Below, one piece after another: positions 1-19,400 of a DNA stretch of 64,000 bases. This DNA comes from Lingula anatina. Taxonomy: Eukaryota > Animalia > Brachiopoda. The translations under genes and the position numbers were made by a program. Location of the stretch: contig CM120643.1 in the NCBI GenBank assembly GCA_051362555.1, positions 682,001 to 746,000 on the forward strand. Reading direction: 5' to 3'. Position 1 is the stretch's first letter. Each line of letters starts with the position of its first letter. The notes below the pieces were generated by a model, which ran no database searches, was not told the origin of the DNA, and saw only the letters and a list, made by a program, of their open reading frames with translations.

Positions 1-721
1 AAAGGCATTTTGAAGATATTTGCTAACACTAGGCAAGCACACACAACCAATATGTCTGCTTTTAGTAATATCCCAGCGTTCCACATTTCTTAAAATTAGT
101 TTATTTAAGAGAATTCCACAGAAACTCCTCTTTTGTAACTTATAAACTTATACATAACGCGTAAGGAGTGAATATTGTGTAGAAAGCCATTAAAATGTGT
201 GCAATTTTGACAATTTTGCGAATCACAGCAACTTAACCTTGACCTTTCTAATTAGGTCAACTGGAGAGGCACTGATCAGCTGAAGAGGTCTTATCGTGCA
301 AGTGTCAATGTCCATTTCTCCACTTACTGTTTACGCTTAATCGGTTTTAGCTTTGATATTAAAGTGTATGTCTCAGACCAATATTATAATTGTAATGCTA
401 TAATATTTGAGAGTTGTTTATAGTAATATAACGATTTTTACTGCACTGTCACTAGAACTTAAAAGTTAAATATGGCAACTCGGACAATGCTTGTTGCTCA
501 GATATTTGATTGTGATAACTGTTATGGATAAGCTTTTTACAAGAAATTTACTTTATCCATATTAATCACTTTTGTTGTAGCATAAACTGAGCTCTCATGA
601 ATGCCTGAACAAATATTTCTGATCTGAGTAAATTGAGAAATACATGCACATGCAAAGTTTATTTATAAATACTTACACATTTACATTGTACATGTATTCT
701 AAGACTTGAAAAATACCAGGA

Positions 722-8050
<7,329 letters not shown>

Positions 8051-10421
8051 TGGTGTTTGTGGACTCAGTCCAGTTAGACCAGTTTATGTGATGGTGTTTG
8101 TGGACTCAGTCCAGTTAGACCAGTCTATGTGATGGTGTTTGTGGACTCAGTCCAGTTAGACCAGTCTATGTGATGGTGTTTGTGGACTCAGTCCAGTTAG
8201 ACCAGTCTATGTGATGGTGTTTGTGGACTCAGTCCAGTTAGACCAGTCTATGTGATGGTGTTTGTGGACTCAGTCCAGTTAGACCAGTCTATGTGATGGT
8301 GTTTGTGGACTCAGTCCAGTTAGACCAGTCTATGTGATGGTGTTTGTGGACTCAGTCCAGTTAGACCAGTCTATGTGATGGTGTTTGTGGACTCAGTCCA
8401 GTTAGACCAGTCTATGTGATGGTGTTTGTGGACTCAGTCCAGTTAGACCAGTCTATGTGATGGTGTTTGTGGACTCAGTCCAGTTAGACCAGTCTATGTG
8501 ATGGTGTTTGTGGACTCAGTCCAGTTAGACCAGTCTATGTGATGGTGTTTGTGGACTCAGTCCAGTTAGACCAGTCTATGTGATGGTGTTTGTGGACTCA
8601 GTCCAGTTAGACCAGTCTATGTGATGGTGTTTGTGGACTCAGTCCAGTTAGACCAGTCTATGTGATGGTGTTTGTGGACTCAGTCCAGTTAGACCAGTCT
8701 ATGTGATGGTGTTTGTGGACTCAGTCCAGTTAGACCAGTCTATGTGATGGTGTCACACCACATGATGGATGATCTAGCATACAAATATCTGTGATTATTG
8801 ACTCAATGTTGAGATGAGATTTTAATGTGAACAGGAGCAGACAGTGATTTAATGACATGTGCAAGTTGAAGTTTTTCCTAAAATATACTAATTGTTAGAT
8901 TACTGTAGTGATAATGGTGTGGTTATTGATATTCCGTGGCAGGCACACCAATTCCATGTTCTTTGTTAAACAGCTTCAGTTTTTCAATGTTCACTTTGTT
9001 ATTTGGTGCAATACTGCTGTCAGACGTTTGTGATAAGCAAGCTTAGGTACAGTAAGTTAAAACTTACAAAAATATAACAATAATTGGAGTAAATTTATGC
9101 TTATAGCAAAACATTACATATGAAAAAATGTGTGTTTAAAATTTGTCACAAATTTGCATTACATTAACCCCTTGCTGAAGATGATGTAATTTCAGTGATG
9201 CTGGTATGTTCCAATATCTGCTTCATGTAGTCAACATTGTTGTAAGAATTTGTGAAGTGTGCATGTTGCTGTTTCTGAAGTCTTCTCCAGTACCAGACAG
9301 ATGATTTTTGTCTGAATATGAAATGTTTTATGAATATGTAATATTATTATGCTGGGGTACTTATAATTGTACAATATTTTTAATGGTGCTTTGCTGCTTT
9401 AATGCCATTTTATTTATCTTGCAACTTCTTAATATCATCATCATCATCATCGTCACTGTTTTAACTTTGTGGATTATACTGATAACTAAGGCTAGAATGT
9501 GTTCTTTTTATTATATTATCAAGTTTTAAGTAGTATTTGTAATTAATGTGTAATATTTTTTTTTATAATTGCTGATTATATTTACTTATTGTTTGCCAGA
9601 TATGTTTTATCCCTGTCATTGAAATGTTGGTAGTCCTTCCTCGAAAACCAAAAGAAGACCCAGTTTACGCCAGATGTTTTAATGTGTGATATTTTGGTTT
9701 ATCACCTCATAGAGCAATGAAGACACGTGAGCTAAACTTATGAAGTTGTCAAAATTTTATGCATTGAAATCAATGAAAATTGTAAGAATGTGAAAAAAAT
9801 TGGACAGATAGAAAAAATATATCCTTACAGCTGATGTAAGTGTTTTAATCAAAATAGCATGTTTGTGTTTATCTTTTTAATTGTTTAATTTATTCATCTA
9901 TTTATTTTTGTTCTATTTAACATGTGTCTTCCATAATTTGGCTAATACACCAAACACCTAGTGCTGTATGGTTTGTTTTCATCCTGTTCATTTGCTAATC
10001 ATTATCATTTGTCCAGGATCCATTGAAGATTTACTGGGTTGCAATCGTGTTTACTATGTTGAATAATTTTAACAAACATATTATTATTTTATTTTACATT
10101 ATGTTTAATTCTAAATCTTGAGAATAAATTATTGCTAATTTTAGCGATGTGATTGTTGTTGTATTGATCATTTATCAGGGCCTTTGTTTTATTTACAAAA
10201 ATCATCAAATGTAAATTTTGAGACTTTTTCATATCAATCTTTCATATGATTTTATTTTGAAAGTTCGTAGGTTACCAGAGTGCACGTGTACGATTTGCAT
10301 GTCTACAGTTGTTGAATAACAGAAAATGCAGGAAATTTAGCTAAAATAACAATGCTTTACAAATTGAAACAATACAATAAACACGAAGATCCCAAAAAGT
10401 TCACAATATGCAGTCCTATAT

Positions 10422-11878
10422 TTAATTCTCCCCCAGTCCTGTGCCGCCTGTGCGATAAAATCCCTTCATTACGTGTTCAATTCTGACGTACTGGCGTTCA
10501 GAGGCGTCCTCTAGCGGCTTGTCTACCTTGTGGCCATACATGGATGACGACAGGGTGGGAACTGGCTTCATTTGTTCCTGAAATAAAAATAAGTTTGAAA
10601 TTGCTATTATAAAATTAGATTAAGTTGCATTTATTTATTATCTTTCTGACTAAAGTTGTCTATATGTGAAAATACATCTAAACCGACAGTATATTATTAG
10701 TTAAGCGACGCGATATTTCTTAAGTTGATATATTCACTAATTTCACTCCTTTGCATTTACAAATAAAATTTCATTGTGTTGAAATTTTCAGCAACCAATT
10801 ATTTATTTCATTTATCTTTTATTTTTTTGAAAATTGACACACACACACACATATCAATCCCCTACCTCCTCGTGTATCTTCAGCCCTCTCAGCGTGTGAA
10901 CGTCGTCACGGTGCAGCTTAGCGTCGTAGCCGTGCTGCGTGTGAAACAGACGGTCGTAAGTCGACAGAGACTCATTCTGGAAAGATGAAACAAATATAGT
11001 AATTTTAGGGCGCGCTCAGGGCGGTTAAAATAAAACCCGTATGAGTTTTAAAGTTAAGAGGTGGACGCTAGACTGTTATCACCGGCTATGAGGCCAGGTG
11101 TGACAAGAATGTCCTAGTCCTAGGAATGCAAGTCCGGGCTCATATTTAAGAAAGAGAATACCCACCTTTTTGTTGTTATTGTAAATTCCTAAATTATAGC
11201 CCTGAGCGCGCGCGTCCTCCGCTGTGATATCTCTCACACCTGGCCAGCATTTTGAGCCATCTCCTTTGGTAGACAAGTGGTTCTTGTATATCCTCTTTGT
11301 GGCCTGAAGGTTGAATGTGAAACTAATCTCATAAGATACAAAATCACGTCCAAAAACATGACAGCTTTTGAAGAATTCATATAATAATCAAATAAAAAGG
11401 GGTGTCATTCTTTCAACTAAAATGCATTGATTCATTTCAATATGACTATTATTAGCGCCAACAAAGTGTATCTGATTATTCATCTTGAAGCACAAACGAC
11501 GAAACATCCCAAGAATTAAAATTCTTACATTTATTATCACTTATTTTCTCCTTTTTTTCCGTTTGCCTTTTTATCTAATCTCTTTCTAAACATCCCCAGT
11601 AGTTAAACGGGTATACTCAAGGTATAAATTATTCAAATAAATTTTGTCATTTCAATTTTGAAAACATTCGTCCCGAAATCACGAACACATTTTTCAGTAT
11701 TCCCAGTGTAATAAAGTGTCCATACATTCTTGGAAAACACGTGTAAGTACTGGTAACACTGTAAACAAGGTGTGTTTCTCACCCGGATGTGTTCTTTCCA
11801 TATACCAAAGAGTTCTGCGGGCGTGGGCTCTTTTAACCCGTATTCCGACATAACCGAACCAGCTCCCGGATACGACAT
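10422..11878 (-). CDS. CFAP90: Cilia- and flagella-associated protein 90 (C5orf49) homolog, ~166 aa
   Basis: Phase-0 exons 11878-11783, 11303-11166, 10976-10866, 10577-10422. The translation ...STYDRLFHTQHGYDAKLHRDDVHTLRGLKIHEEEQMKPVPTLSSSMYGHK...FYRTGG matches the YDxKLHRDD...EEE...L.SS.YG...FYR signature I recall for C5orf49. A likely non-coding first exon lies at ~12130-12089 with donor gtagg. Confidence 0.85.
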
Positions 11879-12134
11879 TATTCCAGTGTACCTAAATCTA
11901 CCTAAAATGATTATCAAAATATTTTTTAGTGATTTTTTAATCCTAACAATCGAAAATAAAGAACTATCCGTTGTTTACTTCCAGGAATCGCACACATATT
12001 CACAAGAAGAGGAATAATTCTGCATGAATAGATAATAAATGTTAAAAGACAAAACTCGTAAAAAACAAAAAGAGTATTTTAGAGCCTACCCTATTGTAAC
12101 TTGCTGCTGGGATGTGTTGGCTGCTGGAAGTGCG

Positions 12135-12186
12135 GTCACCAAGAAACCATGACGTCACAATCTATGACGTGACATCTATGACGTCA
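12135..12186. promoter_or_regulatory. CFAP90 promoter: RFX X-box-like site plus three CRE-like sites
   Basis: GTCACCAAGAAAC at 12135-12147; TGACGTCA at 12150 and 12179; TGACGTGA at 12165. All lie immediately upstream of the putative first exon. Confidence 0.55.
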
Positions 12187-13205
12187 CACGTAATGTCATG
12201 TAGCAATAGAACGTTTTTTATCATTAACAGCTGCAAACTGGACTTTGTGAAGTTTATAAATATGACGAAAAAATAATATTTTAGATACTTAGTTTTTGGA
12301 GATTGCCTAATAAGAAAAAAGTTAAATATTCTTTGGGCAAAGTAGACATTAGTTCAGGAGCTACAGAAACAACAAAAGCATGCCGCAAACACAGCTTGAA
12401 ACAATTGACTGTGTCCTGTCACCATATTATCTTGCTAATAATGGATAAAAAATTAACTGAAAATCTAATTAATGGCCAAAATTTGACCAAAAACATCAAA
12501 CAACTAAAATAATGATATGTGTTAAAAAACGTAACAAAGGTTATTCAATTTTCTAAAAATCCGGCGACACCATGAAAGTAGCCGCAAGCTACATTTATTT
12601 ATTGAGTTATTTGAAATAAACATTCAATACATTTTCTTAGACGTTAGACACCATGCTCCCTTCCTGACAAGTTGCCGAATTTCTACTTGTGTAAAATACA
12701 CTTGATGTTTTGGAAGAATGTGAAATGGTTCTCCGAGCGACAGTAATAAAGGTTTAAAATTAAGTTTAATTTGAAATTAAGTTTTAATTAATGATGAGAA
12801 CATATAAAACTAGTAATTGTTATTTTATTTTTTACGTTGCTACATGTAGACTCATGCTCTTAAAGTTCCACAAACAATTCTTCCGTTCGCTTACTTTTGA
12901 TAAAATAAAGAAAATGTTAAATGGACCTTCACTCTGAGAATGAGTGAGAATGGGAGGTTTTTCAGGATATCGCAAGAGATAATGGAAAGAAAATATACGT
13001 AGAATATTGATGTAGAAAGAGTAGGTGAATAAACGTTATATACTCTAACCCCTCCACATCGGTATGATTCAATCTTCAAAGTCAGTAATAATTGCAAGAA
13101 AGTGGTAGGACGTACGAGTGTGCAAAACATTTTTTAAACATTTTAAAACAGTAAAATATATTCACAGTTCTTAACACTGATCTTAACACTGATCCCTATT
13201 AATTA

Positions 13206-13243
13206 TGACGTCGTTTGTGACGTCATCCCCGTGCATGACGCCA
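13206..13243. promoter_or_regulatory. Cluster of CRE-like sites upstream of the TEX56-like gene
   Basis: TGACGTCG at 13206, TGACGTCA at 13218 and TGACGCCA at 13236, about 140-175 bp before the ATG. Confidence 0.5.
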
Positions 13244-13379
13244 CAACGTGTTTCCATGAAGATCACTCTCACGGTGCTGCGCTGTAAGAAACAACTTAGG
13301 CGCATCACTTATTTTTCCATCAAAAATGTACTAAAAAAAGACTAAGTGGGAGCAAAATTGAGGTGAGACGCGGGACAAA

Positions 13380-13797
13380 ATGGCGACGACCGGTGCAATG
13401 GGACAAGACGGTATTCTGAACAATTTGCATCGAGAGACGATTTCTTGCGTCGACGCGTTTCCGCCAGCTAAAGTCCGTGCAAGAAATACACTATTATTTC
13501 AAAGAAACAAAAAAGAGACCAAACAAATCAGTGATGTAAGTCCTTTAAATAAATGGTATTATTCTTACTTGTTAAAGTTTTGTAAGATCAGCCTAAGGAG
13601 TAACTATAAGGGAAATATGCCAAATGAAAGTCGATTTAGTCTTCTTGGTGCTGGCACAATCCTTCCGAGAACTATTTGATTTTGTTTTCATATTCAGAAA
13701 GAAATATTTTTGGATGAAATAATGCGATATCTTTGATTAGCTAGCATTACTTGACTATAACATGCAAAACGTCGAAATCACGATCACGCATTATCAG

Positions 13798-13833
<36 letters not shown>

Positions 13834-15241
13834 CAGGGTCAGAGGTGATGGTCGAAGGGCGAGAAAATTCGTTCATATACCGTGCTTTTGAAAACAGACA
13901 AACAGAGGGCATTCTAAAGAAGAAGTTCAAAACGATTTTTAAAACCACCTAACAAGGGTATTTTGAGATTATAAATTGCTGCATTTACTTTGCGTCATTT
14001 ATGTGTATTTCAGGACAAAGATGCGGAAAGTGTTTACAAGAATTTACTGGGAACATACATGAAGCTCCCATACGAGCCCGAAACGGAAATAAATGAAAAC
14101 GTTCATCGGTGGCCTACGACTCTTCCTCTGTTGAAAACCAAAGTCAAAGGTTTGAATACAGGCGCATTTACCCTTTAAAGTCTTTCTTTTTTTGTTCCTT
14201 TATAGGGTTATCTATGTCTTTTTATCATAAATCTCTACTTTCCTTTTATTTGTCCCTTTTTATGTTGCATATATGCATATCATAGGAACATGGAATTATC
14301 TTTTTTTTTTACTGAAAACTACTTGTCTCGTTCTCGTGAACATTCCAGCGTCGCCCACACCCCCACCTCGCTCTACCATGACAGAACTAGGAACAGTGCC
14401 GGGTTGCTGCGGATATCACCGTAAACAATATCTCCAGCGTCTGAACTTGGACTACTCCCCTGAACCTGTCTATCCTAAAGTGTTCCACTACCCAGATATG
14501 TGAGTGGCGCGTTTTACGTGGACATTGAATTGTCAAAACTGTGTGTGTAAATAATGTAGAGAATCCAAAACAAAACGCTAGGCACAAACCCGCCATACTA
14601 TTATAAGTAATTAGGATTTAAGGAGAAGGGATTTACACAAATAGAAATAGTCACAAAACATGTTATCAGGTCCAGCAATGAATATACTCAGTGTGACTAC
14701 ATAATGAAATGATTTTCTACGGTCCTACGATGTCCCGGATGATGTGTCAAGAACGGACATGATTAATATCCTAACGATTGGAATCACAGTCAATTTATAT
14801 CATACTCCAGTGGAAATAAGAACACTGTTTTTTTTACATCAAATATTTTCCTTTTTTTCCTCCGATTCCAGTTTCGAACGCCACGTAAACCGCACGATGC
14901 AGTTCCAGTCGCAGAGTCAGCTTCCCCTTTCCACCCTCAGCGTTCGCTGGCAAAACAAGAGAGACGACGTAGGCTACGACCCCCAAACACTGGAGGAAAT
15001 CCTCACCAAATTTGGCCCAGTGAGAGATCTGATGATGACTGGGCCTTGTAGCGCAAGGGTGGTCTTTGAGAACCTGTCCGACTGTTGTGAGGTCATGTTG
15101 ACGTCAGCTATAGGCCGCGTGGAGAACCGCTTAAAGACGCACTGGTGGCACAAGTGTATGACCAACAAGATGTTCTTGATGCGGCCACGTGGCTTGGCTG
15201 TGAAATATGACAACTTTGTCTATAATTACAATCGTTATTAA
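13380..15241 (+). CDS. TEX56/C6orf201 (DUF4523)-like protein with an RRM-like C-terminus, ~270 aa
   Basis: Exons 13380-13535, 14014-14149, 14349-14499 and 14872-15241 join in frame. The C-terminal LPLSTLSVRW...LTKFGPVRDLMMTGPCSARVVFENL...WWHKCM resembles the TEX56 pattern P.STIVVRW...FGPI..V...G..SA.V.F...W...M as I recall it. Confidence 0.7.
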
Positions 15242-16405
15242 ATGGGGGTGGGGTGGATGTGTCTTTAATTTTGATTTTTTTGTCACAATCCGTTTATACG
15301 CTAGTCTGAAGCAGATCTCAATTTCCTACTTTATTGTCCACTTTGACTAATAACAATAAAAATACAAACACACTACTGAAACAGAAACCGTTTCAATGGA
15401 CAATTTCTGGTCTGAAAAAATCTTTGCAACAATTTAACACATCACAAGCATTAAAGACTTGGAAGCTGACGAAGTGTACTGCAGTAGACAGATAATAAAA
15501 AAGTGATAAACTATGATATGTGGAGTTAATGAATCCTCTGAAAACAATTAAGATCATCGAAACGTTAGACCAAATTTGTCCAAAAAAAAAAAAAAAAATG
15601 TGACGGGAAAGATCCAGCTTATAGTTTACCTACCATAATGCTTAAAACTTCTGGATGAGAATATTAAACACCATGCCAAACATCAATTCTTCTGAGATTG
15701 CACAAAATACAAAGACGATATATTTACCTTTAAACAGTAACTAAATTTTAACTGACGATCACAAACCATATTGTCAGTGACACAAAGTTGTACCATGATC
15801 AATGTGATAAAACTCAATACAACTTAACATCTACCATAACAGATTATATAAGTCATTTAATATATTATATAAGATAATATTGTAATATTATATGCCCACA
15901 AAGACAAACACAAAACTAAATGCAATAACTACTGATGTAAGGACACTTCAGTACGTAGGTCATCTATACTCTAACATTTTAAATTGAATGCAAAATAATT
16001 ATATTATTAATTCTAGACTGATTCAATAAACACTTACTTATAACTGCACAAACAAACATTAAAGCCATCTCAATATAATTAGAATGAGAAAAATTGTGAC
16101 AATTACTTTTCAATATTATATTTTAGAATACCCCCAATAAATTATCTAATAAAAAAGGTATTAACTCACTTAGTTTTTCAAACAAATTCTAAATACAAAC
16201 TGGTCCCATTTGTATAATAAAAGAAAATGTACAATAAAAATATCAGAACTGTACCAAAGAATTCACAGGTATAAATTTCTGATGCTTTCTTATAATTACT
16301 AATATCTTCGATGGAAAACTGTTCAAAGTTTTCCTGGAAGCATTTTGTCATCTCACAGCTGTTTTATGTATTGCATGATTTGTTACTATTAAGTCCAAAC
16401 CATCA

Positions 16406-19400
16406 TCAGAGTTCATCTTTCTTGTTCTGAAAAATATATAACAAACATTCTTTGATTGACAGTAAAAAAATAAAATAAAATAAAATAAAATAAAATAAAT
16501 AAATAAAATAATGAAAGTTTGAGAAAAATATATTACACACATTTTATGGCTGACACCAAAACTCAAGAAAAACTACAAAATATGAAAATATGAATATCAA
16601 CATAAATGCTAATGTTAATTTAATTCAGTCAGCAAGAAATTTCGTTACATTTTGATAGAAACTCCATTATGGAAACATTATTTCTTAGTAACACCTAACT
16701 GAATGCTAAAGACAGTAGCTCCTACCTTTGCCTTCTTAGCTTTCTTTGTCTTTCTCCCACACTCACACTTTGACTCGTGGTCACTGGGTTGGTCCACCAG
16801 CTCCATGCCATCACGGACTTCTACTGGACTTTTTAATAGTTTGGCATATTCCTGAGGAAGAGACAGAGTGAAGCTTTTCTATATATTCTTAAACATTAAG
16901 GGTCAAATTCACACATGGGTTTTAGTCCTTTTTTTCTTCCAAATCACTTTAACATTTATCATAAAAAGCTGAAGTCCAGTTGCTTACAATATGTAGAAAG
17001 CCAGAAATCAAAACCAGTTTACAACCAAATAAAACCATAAATGAGAAACCTGTCAAACAATTAGAAACCAGTGTTATCACAGTATATAGCTAGTCTTTGT
17101 CTTGTTTATTAATAAAAACTTTCTACATTTATCATTTAATCCATTGACCCACTTTGCTTCAATCCAGACACAGAAAATAAAATTTAACATTTTTCTCAAA
17201 AAGATGGGCATTTTCACCCCTCTCTCTTAGCCAAGTCGCCTACCAGTTAGTAACCAACACCAACAGTCACATAATTCAAGTATTATGGCCCTGAAAAACC
17301 CAAGATGTAATCAAACAAGCTATTCTGTAAAACTCCATAATCACCAACTGATTTTCATTTCTAGACTTACGTTCTATATATCATTATGTTAGACAATTAC
17401 AGTACAGATACCAGTTAAACTACAATCAAGCCTGATATCATTCTGACCAATTCAGATGCGGTCTTTCCAAGAGAGGTGTGAACATGACCTGACTCGGACC
17501 CTGTGTGTACTTACTTTAAATAATACAACATGGTAACAAAATATGTCCACCGCCATTAGATTGTCTCGCACAAAAAGCTGACCATTTCGGGCTATTTCTT
17601 TTGCCTGCAAACAAAATGAAATGAAAATCTTCAAACTTCCTTTTATAACTGTTGTTTGTTCTTTCAAAAGCCTTTTACAAAATACAATTAATTTTTTTTT
17701 ATATGTTTCCAATAATTGCTTTTTAATATTACAAAAAGAGTATTAGTCACTTCAGTTCATAATGTGAAAAATATGAGGTAATTTTCTTTTTAACAGACTG
17801 TTGTCAATTTGCATTAAATGTTCATAATTTTTTCCCTATACACATTTACTGAAAGTCAACTTCAAATATACATGGAGGTTTCACTTCTTACCACAATTTT
17901 TACAAAATCTTCATCAAAAGTTTTGACTTGTGATTTATATTGAAAAGGTAAATAATGAAAAACTCTTATATAATCTATCAATTAATGCACAAATATTGAC
18001 TCAGTCTAGTTTAGTTCAGAGTTTTTACTTGGATTTCTTCTTGGTGGTCAAGCAAGTGCATAAAACCCTAACTGCTGTAACTCTGTTACTTCTTCACCTT
18101 GGTCTAACAGTAGCGCCCTCTATCTTACCTCTTCATTGTGTTCTAACTGTAGCGCCCTCTATCTTACCTCTTCATCACATTCTAACAGTAGCGCCCTCTA
18201 TCTTACCTGTTCATCATGTTCTAACAGCAGCGCCCTCTATCTTACCTCTTCATCGTGTTCTTTGGCCCAGATCAGTTTCTCCATCAAATCGCTGAGATCT
18301 CTCTTGAAAGGAACATAATGCTTGTACGGCTCCAGCTGTTTGTAAAAATGCTCATAATATGGGGAGTCCTGTTTGAATACCAAGGAGCCCCCGGCCAGAA
18401 GGTACGGGAATCTGTACGCTGCCACTGTGCCATCAATGTTCAGCTGATATTTCCACTTTAAAAAAAAATAAAGACAGGATGAGTTGGTCTGAGAACTGAT
18501 CAAGTAAGTCAACACAGTCATGCACACTTAGTTAAAGAAGATATCAAAATAATAATAGTGATAGTACCAATTTTTCTCACTTTTTGAACCTAAATCAATT
18601 AGGATTTTTAAAAACAAGTTTTGCCTTTAAGGCTTATTTATGCTCACTCTATTAAATGTTTTTTTTTTTAAAAGGATGAAGATTGAAAAAATAGACGAAA
18701 AAGAACACACACCTTGAAAAAGTCAAAGAAGGATATATGTTTGACCAGTGGACCGTGTTTACTCTCATCTTTCTTGAAGAAGAACATATTGGTCAGCTTG
18801 GCATCAATGAGGTCAGGATGTTTCAAGGACATCTCAGCCAGGTCCAGTCTCTCCTGACGACTGTCCCGCCCACGGAAGAGAGCCACCTCTGTCTTGTTCT
18901 CCCACTTTGGTCCCGTGTTTCCCTGCACTGACATCAGGTCTAGACTGACCCTGAAATATCAGAACAGTGGTGACATCTATTATCATGTGTTTAGGTTATG
19001 TGAGAACAGTGGTGACATCTATTGTCATGTGGTTAGGTTATGTGAGAACAGTGGTGACATCTACTGTGCTGTGTTTAGGTTATGTGAGAACAGTGGTGAC
19101 ATCTATTGTCATGTGTTTAGGTTATGTGAGAACAGTGGTGACATCGAGTGTCATGTCTTCAGATAAAAAGTCTGCTAGTAGATAAAACTCAAACCATTAT
19201 CAATTAATTGCACTAAATATTTTTACCCATATATGTTTCCTGTCTTATAAAATGGTTAACTTCTCTATATTTTGAGTGTTTTAAAATAAAAATGACAAAC
19301 ACCAAATCTGTTCAATAAGGCTGATTAACTTGGGTGACGATAAAAAGAACAATATGTACATCATAATAAAATTTTACTTAAAAATACCACACTTTACTGT

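Noticed and set aside
256-301. Possible upstream DEF8 exon after attAG
   Set aside because: There is no convincing donor or homology, so it cannot be supported without transcripts.
17930-19185. Plus-strand ORFs with repeated peptides ([12 protein letters not shown]; [14 protein letters not shown])
   Set aside because: They arise from 39- and 42-bp repeats whose lengths are multiples of 3, antisense to POGLUT; there is no independent coding evidence.
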